Of a stretch of 64,000 nt of DNA, positions 55,354-64,000 are shown in pieces. The stretch is from Octopus vulgaris (taxonomy: Eukaryota): positions 124,310,001 to 124,374,000 of the forward strand of contig OX597818.1 of NCBI GenBank assembly GCA_951406725.2. The letters run 5' to 3'. The notes below the pieces were generated by a model. That model ran no database searches. It was given only the letters and a program-made list of their open reading frames with translations, and was not told where the DNA came from. A program made the translations under genes and the position numbers. How positions within the stretch are numbered: the first letter of the stretch is position 1; every line of letters starts with the position of its first letter.

Positions 55354-56854
55354 GAATGTATGTATGTTGCTTAAACATCTACTTTTCTTTGCTTGCATGG
55401 GACAAATAAGGCTCTATGAAGCAGATTTTCTACATGTTGGATGCCTTTCCTGTTATCAAGCACATGCGCATACACACACACACACACACATGCACATGCA
55501 TGCATACACGCGCATGCACAATAGACTTCTTTCAATTTCTCTATCTACCAAATTCACTCACAACGCTTTGGTTCAACCAAGAAGATTTGCCCAAAGTGCC
55601 ATAGAGACAAATGCTCTGAGAATATTGTCGCTGCTAGAATATAAATATATATATATATAAATTCATTATATTTAAGGCTTCATGCAGTCAAACTTTTGTT
55701 TGACAGTACTCCTCTATGGGAAATAGATAGCACACTCTTTCAATTCTAAAGATTGCCACCAGCATAGTCAAGCACTCAGTAAACCTATTCTTTTCCCTGG
55801 GCATAGAAGAAGCTAATGTATCTTCTCTCCATACTAACAATCTCAACAATAAAACTGGTTAATAAACTCTCTGGTTGTGGTATGGATTTAATGAAGCATG
55901 CTGATGCATATGATATTGTTTTCGTATATCTTTTGTTGTTTTTTTCTCCCTTTAGCACCTATCACATACCATAGATTAATTGAAACTGCTTAAAGTAGGC
56001 CATGCTATTAATTTCATTATTTTCAGTAAGCCTGTTTGTTACCTTGGTGTATAATATTGGATTTTCAGCAGTCAATGAATCTGATAATTAATTAATCTAA
56101 GATTATTTCATAGTAATTGCTATTTCAACAGAATATTGCCATATCTACTATTATAAATCTTTCAGTTTTCCATATTCATATAACGTAATAAGCCATTTTG
56201 TTGCTTGAGTGGTGAGCAAAGAGTTTTACATGCATAACTATTAGCACATAGTGTAGATGTCCAAAAACAGCTCCTTTGCCATTGTTACTTTCACTCCTCA
56301 AGGTTCTGAGTTCAAATCCCATGATAGTGTTGATGGTGGTGGTGGTGGTGATGATGATGACGACGACAGTGATGATGTTGATAACGATGAGGTTGGTGTG
56401 ACGATGGTTGTAGTGATAGTGGTGGTAATAATATCAATGATGATGACAACAACAACGGTGGTGGTGGTGGTGGTGGTGGAGTTGATGGTAATGGTTCTTT
56501 TTTTAATACCACTACCAGGTCATTGAGTGCTTTTAGTGAAGTTCAGCTATGGCAAGCATTTGGACCAGATTTTCAGTCTAGGAATTTCTTCTCCCTTCTT
56601 GCCAGTCTACAAAAAAGAAGGCCCTTAAAAAGGATTTTAGGTGTTGTATTTCTTTCACTTACTGGGCCATAAAAAAATACAGTCGTTTTAATCGACACCA
56701 GTACTTACCAGGTTCTTTTATTTCATAAACCCCAGAACAATGAAAGGCAGTTATCCTCAGTAGGCATTTGAACTCAAAATCTAAAGCGACACAACTAAAT
56801 ACCATAAAGCAGTTTGTTTGATACTCTCATAGTTCTATCATGCTACAACCCATG

Positions 56855-56886
<32 letters not shown>

Positions 56887-57274
56887 GTTTCTAGCATGTG
56901 CACAAGGTCTCTGGGATGCTGAAAACAGAAACAATGTCTGCGTCCTGAGGGTTTTCAAAAGTGTTTTTTTAAATGCAAACAAAAGCCCCAGGACTTACAA
57001 ACATACATAATAAATAGAAAATAACACCACTAGCCACTAGGCACCACACATATTTCATAGAACACTTTTAATTCAATAAGCCATTTCAAACCATTGCATA
57101 TACTGAAGGCACACAGAATTGCACATTCAAAGTAGAGTAGTGAAAGCGCTCAATAATAATAACAATCCATTCTGCTATAGTGTAGCATGCATTTGTGCAG
57201 TATTATAAGCTTTTAAGACAATTTAAGCTCCCAAAATCAATATGCCTATTATACATGGTTACATATTATACATT

Positions 57275-57672
57275 GGTGCAGATGTGGCTGTAAGAAGTTT
57301 ACTTCTAAATCACATGGTCTGGGTTCAGTCCCCTGGTGTGACACCTTGGGCAAGTATCTTCTACTATAGACTATGGTTGGCCAAAGCCTTGTGAGTGGAT
57401 TTGGTAGATGGAAACTGAAAGAAAAGTTTCACATATATGTGTGTGCATGTGTCTGTGTTTGTCTTTCTGTCTGTTTCCCCCCACCACCACCACCACTTGA
57501 CAACTGGTGTTGGTGTGTTTACATCCCCCATAGCTTAGCAGTTCAGTAAAACAGACCAATACAATAAATGCCTGCCTTAAAAAAAAAATACAAGTATTGG
57601 GGTCAGTTTGTTTGACTAAGATACTTCAAGGTAGTGCCCCAGCATGACCACAGTCTGATGACTGAAACAAGA
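57275..57672 (+). mobile_element. SINE family B, old CpG-decayed copy
   Basis: Homology to other B copies with many CG>TG/CA changes. Confidence 0.75.
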
Positions 57673-58016
57673 AAAATGATTTCAAATTTTGGCACATGAC
57701 TGGCAATTTTAGGGGAATGAGGTAAATCAATTACATCGATCCCAGTGTTTAACTGATACTTATTTCATCTACCCTGAAAGGATGACAGAAAAAGTTGACC
57801 CCAGTGGCATTTGAACTTAAAACGCGAAGCTGGAAGAAATGCTGCTAAGCATTTTTCCGACGTGGTAACAATTCTACCAGCCGACAACCTTACGAAAGCA
57901 AGTAAAATATAAAAGATAAAAGCTAGCAGTGTAATATACATGGTTTCATATCATGTATGATTGTATATTACACAGATCACTGTATAATGCAGGGACAGCA
58001 TTTTATCTATCTTGAG

Positions 58017-58670
58017 CCAGACTTCTCAATCATTTTCTATCTATGGCTTCCTTTGATTACTTTTTTATCCTGTTGGATCTCCATAGTCATTTGATGTTTA
58101 AAAACTAATTTTGTAGACCCTTCTTTCAAAATTTCTTCTTTCAAAGTTTCTATTTTGTTTTTCACACATTAGCTTGTGTAGGTTGAATTATGTAAACCGT
58201 TTGGGAAAGAAACTTGGCTGCTTCTTGCAATAAATCATCTAAGATAAAATTTCTTTCATTTGACCCTTGATGAACTCTTGTGGATTCCCAATTTGCTATT
58301 TTACTTGTGTGGACTTCCTAAAGATTTGCGTCAGGAGTTCTCAACCATTTTTTTTTTTTAACTATGGACCCGTTTCATTACTACTTTTCTCTGGTGGAAC
58401 CCCACAGCTATTCAATGTTTAAAACTAGTTTTATAGAAAATTCTTTCAAAATTCCTGTTTTGTTTTTTTTTACATATTAACTTTTGTAGATTCAATTATA
58501 TGAGATGTCAGAGAAAGAAACCCTAGCTATTCCTCGCAATACATACTTCTAAAGCAAAATTTTTTCACAAAATACTATTGTGGATCCCCAATTTACTATT
58601 TTGGTGTGTGGATCCCCCAAAATCTTATATGGACCCTCAGGGGCCACATGGACCCCAATTGGGAACCACT
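58017..58670 (+). mobile_element. Two tandem degenerate hAT-type MITE copies
   Basis: ttctcaa.cattt starts near 58023 and 58338; ends gggaaccact; related to 20633-21206. Confidence 0.65.
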
Positions 58671-59642
58671 AATCAAGAGGGATAAATGGTTAAGTCAAGT
58701 CCAAGAGGTTTTTAATTCAGAATGTAAAAGGAGGAAGTTACCTAAATAATACAAGACATTCTAACCTGGCTCTTAATTTTGTTTGTACTTCAGTCTATCC
58801 ACCCACTGGGAATAAATACCAGATCTTCTCGAAATGTTATTATCTTCCATACTCTGTAAGTGGGAGTTTAGGAATTTAGTGAAAGGATTTACTTCATGCC
58901 AATTTACTGTTGTAAAGTAAACCAAAAGCAATAAATTTCATGAAACCCTTGAGGTTTTAAGGACATTTACAATTTACTGTGACTCAAAACAAATTTATTA
59001 ATTTTTATTTAATTTTAATTTCTTTTTTTTTTTTACATCTGTATTGCAGAAAACAATCCTCTTCCACCGTTGGCACAAACCATGCTATAAATAAAATCAT
59101 CTCTACAAACATTGCATTACTTTCAATTTACCTGGAAGCACTATATTTTCACAATTTTCTTTTTCTTTCCTCTAAATAGCAACAAACTGAAATAGACTAC
59201 CCACACACAACAATTTTTTTCCTCCTCTTCATACAGGCAGAAGGCTGGATTGAGTCTGTTCCACTGTCTTTAAAAGCCTTAACAGCCAGATTTCTTCATT
59301 TTTCCAATATGTAACAAAATAATAGCACATTATTCCATCCTTCTAACAATCTGCCAGCTTGTCATCCTTTTCAGCCCACTCATCCAATTTCATTTAGCTC
59401 AAGGGTAGAGAAATGTGTCAGAGTTAAAAAGAAAAAAAAAAAATAATAATAATAAAATTGAATACATAAATGGCATTTCAAATTACTGAGCTAAGACTGC
59501 AACATAATTTCAATTCCTGGTTGAAGCTACTGCACTTTCCTCATTAAAGACCTAATTAATATCCATAGGAAGGATATGAACATGCAATGATATCACTTCC
59601 TCTCTTCTAAACATCTGAGATAAAAGACACACACATGCACAC

Positions 59643-59697
<55 letters not shown>

Positions 59698-60352
59698 CAC
59701 GCACACATGTTGTATGTGTGTGTGTGTGTGTGCATGTCTTTGTTTATGCATGTGTATTTAGGTACATTTACCATTAAGATACATTGCTTTTTTTTTCTGT
59801 TTTTAAGCCTGCATTCCAGTCAATATCAACAATCATCAGTCGTTAACCAAACACACAGAAACATTAGTACATTCACAATCACATAAAATCACAGAAATAA
59901 TAAGGATCAAGTCAGCAAGGGAAACTTTATATAGCCCCCTCAGTCTGCTAGAAATAGCAGCCAAATTTCCATTATACAGTATATCTAACACTACATTCAT
60001 TCCAATGTATTCTTCCTTTAAATATATATATATATATATTATAAAATGAGATAGGGGTTGTGAGTGTAACCCACTATGGGATTCATTTATAACCGCATAT
60101 TACCTTAATACATCTGGCTAATATGAGCATAATGAGTTACTCTTATCTACAGGCTGAAACAGCTGTAAGATCCATTTTATATTTATATGTATTGTTCTTA
60201 TGGTATTATCTTACTCATTGATGTGTACTGTTTTATTCTGTATTATTCTGTTTGATCTGGATGTTCCTAAATAATTAGTTAATAAATTATATGAATTGGT
60301 ACTATCTAGTAGTTGATGATTGATAGAAATCTATTCCTCCATTTTCTTATTT

Positions 60353-60387
<35 letters not shown>

Positions 60388-60772
60388 GGGTGTGGTTTGA
60401 TGGACACCCAGCTGCTATTTTTAATAAGTAGCTCAATCAAGTGTGTAGAAGTTACTTTGATTACTCATAATGAACTACTCTTCATTCAGACTAGTTTAAG
60501 GTAGCGAGCTGGCAGAGTCATTAGCACACCAAACACAAATGCTTAGCAACATTTTGCCTGTCTTCATGTTCTGAGTTCAAATTCTGCTAAGGTTGACTTT
60601 ATTTTTCATTCTTAAGAGGTTGATAAAATAAGTACTAGTTGAGCACTGGGGTTGATGTAATCAACTTACACAGTGCCTCGAAATTGCTGGCCTTGTGCCA
60701 AAATTTGAAACTAATATATTCAGAATGTTTTACTCCCTGACTCATCAAATCTCTTTATCTTACTCTCTAACT

Positions 60773-60991
60773 CAGTGCTTTTCAAACTTTTTGCTGGAGC
60801 GGAACCCCAAGGAAACATTCCACTGGCTCAAGGAACCCCTGTGCAATAATTTAATAGTCTTATGCACACATATCTGCACAGGAGAATTAAAAATTACTGC
60901 CGATTTTAGCAGTTTTGTAACTTCTTACAGAACCCCTGGACTGTACTGGTGGAACCCTAAGGTTCCGCGGAACCCTGGTTGAAAACCACTG
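60773..60991. mobile_element. hAT-superfamily MITE (219 bp)
   Basis: TIRs cagtgcttttcaa / ttgaaaaccactg with a perfect 8-bp TSD ctctaact (60765-60772, 60992-60999). Confidence 0.9.
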
Positions 60992-61391
60992 CTCTAACTC
61001 ATCCACCTTTCTTTTCCAACTAGGTTATCCGTGTATCTACTCTGCAGCAAGACATCTATTCCTGTCCTTTTATATCTTTAATCTTTCATCAACTTGCACA
61101 AAGCTACCACCATTCAATACCACCTTCCCACTCCCAGTTGAGGGTTTTTTTGTCTTGCAGGTTACTTGATGACGCTGCTCATGCTGGTACCATGTTAAAA
61201 GCACTGGTGCTGGTGCCACGTAGAAAGCTCCCAATACACTCTATAAAGTGATTGGCATTAGAGAAGGCATCCAGCTGTAGAAACCATGCCAAAACAGCCA
61301 ATGGAGCCTGCTGAGGCTCCCAGCCCTACCAGCTCCTGTTGAACCATCCAACCCATGCCAGCATGGAAAATGGACTTGAAACAATGTTGAC

Positions 61392-61622
61392 AGCGGCGAG
61401 CTGGCAGAAACGTTAGCACGCCGGGCGAAATGCTTTGTGGTATTTCGTCTGCCGCTACGTTCTGAGTTCAAATTCCGCCGAGGTCGACTTTGCCTTTCAT
61501 CCTTTCGGGGTCGATTAAATAAGTACCAGTTACGCACTGGGGTCGATATAATCGACTTAATCCGTTGGTCTGTCCTTGTTTGTCCTCTCTGTGTTTAGCC
61601 CCTTGTGGGTAGTAAAGAAATA
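61392..61622 (+). mobile_element. SINE family A, full-length monomer
   Basis: Head gcggcgagctggcagaaacgttag, B box gagttcaaattcc, central gcctttcatcctttcggggtcgat..aagtaccag (resembles the MetaSINE core); TSD gaaa(c/t)aatgttgac. Confidence 0.9.
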
Positions 61623-62199
61623 GAAATAATGTTGACGATGATATATCGTCATCGTCATTATCATCAACTTCATCGTCGTCATCATTTTAAGGGCCCGCTT
61701 TTCCATACTTGTACAAGTCTGACCAAGTTTATTGAGACAGATTTTCTACAGCCATATGCCTTTCATGTCACCAACCGTCCCCTGTTTCCAAGCAAGGTAA
61801 TATTTCCCCATGGCCAGACATATTTTCAGAGAATATTGGAAATGAATGCCATTTCTTACCTGACCGTGACAATCATTTACAACCATCATGTGATGCCAAG
61901 ACAAGGAGACACAAACATGTTCACTCACACAAACACATGTACATACATACATATATATATACTGTGTTCTCAATAAGTGAATTTGTCACAGTTAATAAGA
62001 TTGCAAAGAGATTAAGAAATGAAAACGTTAACACTTGTTAAGACTAATTTTAACCTTTCCAAATGTAATTTGCTTACTAACACCTACAGCCAGAAACCAA
62101 TCAAAACATTGATTGATTGAACATTATGATGAGAGCCTAATGGTTCCTTCCTTCCTTCCTTCCTCCTTTTTCCAATTATGTATTCAATTTCATGCAATT

Positions 62200-63140
62200 G
62201 AAAGATTATTGCTGCTCTGCTATGTTCTGAGGCCAAATTCTGCTGGAGTCAACTTCAGTAGAATTTGTCCTTTTAGGGTCAGTAAAATAAGTACCAGCCA
62301 TGTACTGAGGTTCATAAGACTGATTTACCCCATCCTCTAAAATTGCTGGCCTTCTGCCAAAATTTGAAATCATCATTATTGTTGTTGTTGTCATCATCAC
62401 TGTCGCTGCCATCACTGTCAAAGCAGGAAGCTGGCAGAAGCCTTTGCACATCAGACACAAAATGCTTAGCAACATTTCTTCCATCTCTTTACGTTCTGGT
62501 TTTGAATTCTGATAAGGTCAACTTCGCCTTCGATACTTTCAGGGCTGATAAAATAAAGTACCAGTAAAGGACTCCTCCTCCTTAAATTATTGGCTTAATG
62601 CCAAAACATGAAACAATTATCATTATTGTTGTTGTTCTTGTTGTTATTAAGGCAGTGAGCTGGCAGAATTGTTAGAGTGCCAGAAAAATGCTCTTTACAT
62701 TCTAAGTTCAAATCCCACTGAGGTCAACTTCGCTTTTCATCCTTTTGGGGTTCATAAAATAAAGTTCCAGTTAATTGCTTGGATTAAGGGTATCAGCTAA
62801 CCCCATCACCTCCAATTTCTGGCCTTGAGCTGGCAGAATCATTAGCATACTGGCCAAAATGCTTAGCAGCATTTTAATGGTTTCTACATTCTGAGTTCAA
62901 ATTCTGCCAAGAACAACTTTGCCTCTTGTCCTTTCAGGGTCAATAAAATAAGTACCAGCTGAGGCAAAATGCTTAGCGACATTTCATCCATCCTTACATT
63001 CTGAGTTTAAATTCCACTGAGGTTAACTTTGCCTTTCATCCTTTCAGGGTCAACAAATTAAACACCAGTCAAGTATTGGGGTCGATGCAATCAATTGCCC
63101 CTGCCTCACAAAAATTCAGGCCTTGTGCCTAAGCACAAAG
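62200..63140 (+). mobile_element. Head-to-tail cluster of about 5 old SINE A copies
   Basis: Recurrent B box and central domain, all in the same orientation. Confidence 0.75.
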
Positions 63141-63695
63141 GATTATTATTATTATGTGAGAGAGCTGCGCATGCCGTCAAACTGACACTGGGGTACAAAT
63201 ATACAAAGTACAATATACCCATCATGACTACCCGTCTGATAAGGGTACATTAGGCACATGAATCACAACCATGTGTGCGCAACATGGTGATCTCATGTCA
63301 AGATAAACAGCAGTGGGGCTCAGTTAGAATTTTCTTCAGGTTGAGTAGCCCATCCTGCTCAAAAGGTCCCTGAATAAGTTTTGCTTAAGGATGATGAACA
63401 AAACACCCATGTTTCCAGAGGTGAATTATTCAAACACCAAAGAATTCCTCTCAATACATAGCTATGATGCTCCCCCACTACTTCTGCTCATGATCAGAGA
63501 TGCACATATTGTCAGCCACTAAGGGACATTAGGAGAATATTGGTGGTATTGAGGAGAATATTTGCTGTAGCCCATCTTTTATACCAAGACAAAACAATGT
63601 ACATGATAACACTTCCAATCATTTAAGATCAAAAGCCATGAGAGCTTATTATTATTATTATTATTATTATTGTTATTATTATTATTATTATTATA

Positions 63696-63740
<45 letters not shown>

Positions 63741-64000
63741 AATTATTACCTACAATTAGAATAGTTACATATGTAGTTACATACGAAGCCATGTGCGGTT
63801 AAATGTTTTCTTAGCAACCACATGGTTTTAAGTTTTGTCCCATTGGATGGCACCTAGAATTAGTATCTTCTACAACAGCACTGGATTCACTAATCCAATA
63901 TGAAAGATGGAAACTGCAAGAGGCCCATTGTGTGTGTGTACTAGTATGTATAAATGTACATGAATATTGATATCCCATGTTTGTCACTGCTTGAGTGAAA

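Noticed and set aside
60125-60172. gaaacagctgta palindrome resembling hammerhead stem III
   Set aside because: Upstream core (ataatga) and stems I and II are too degenerate to support a call

Overview
Eukaryotic, AT-rich genomic DNA saturated with microsatellites. The repeat landscape strongly suggests a coleoid cephalopod, probably Octopus (inference). The only convincing host gene is a large coding exon of the F-box/LRR gene FBXL16 (+, ATG 37722, splice donor after 38917), whose following intron appears to run beyond the window end. The rest is mobile DNA: two R4/Dong-like LINE remnants, three or more Tx1/L1-like remnants, RTE-like 3' fragments, at least five modular SINE-like families, hAT-type MITEs, a Helitron-like element and a tRNA-Ala(AGC) pseudogene. 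Almost all ORFs in the supplied track are microsatellite artefacts. Highlights: (1) six minimal or variant hammerhead-ribozyme motifs, four in a ~200-bp Penelope-type repeat sitting in (TA)n tracts and showing a compensatory stem change; (2) a 196-bp fold-back element with a TAA tail flanked by a 117-bp direct duplication; (3) a 357-bp terminally redundant, structured unit with a 259-bp inverted copy; (4) a SINE-derived 185-186-bp satellite with a 743-bp higher-order repeat, whose tail resembles the Tx1-like LINE 3' end and whose junctions suggest self-targeted insertion; (5) an apparent CpG and microsatellite boundary near 40.5 kb. All alignments and folds were done by eye, and repeat boundaries are approximate unless a TSD or TIR is quoted.
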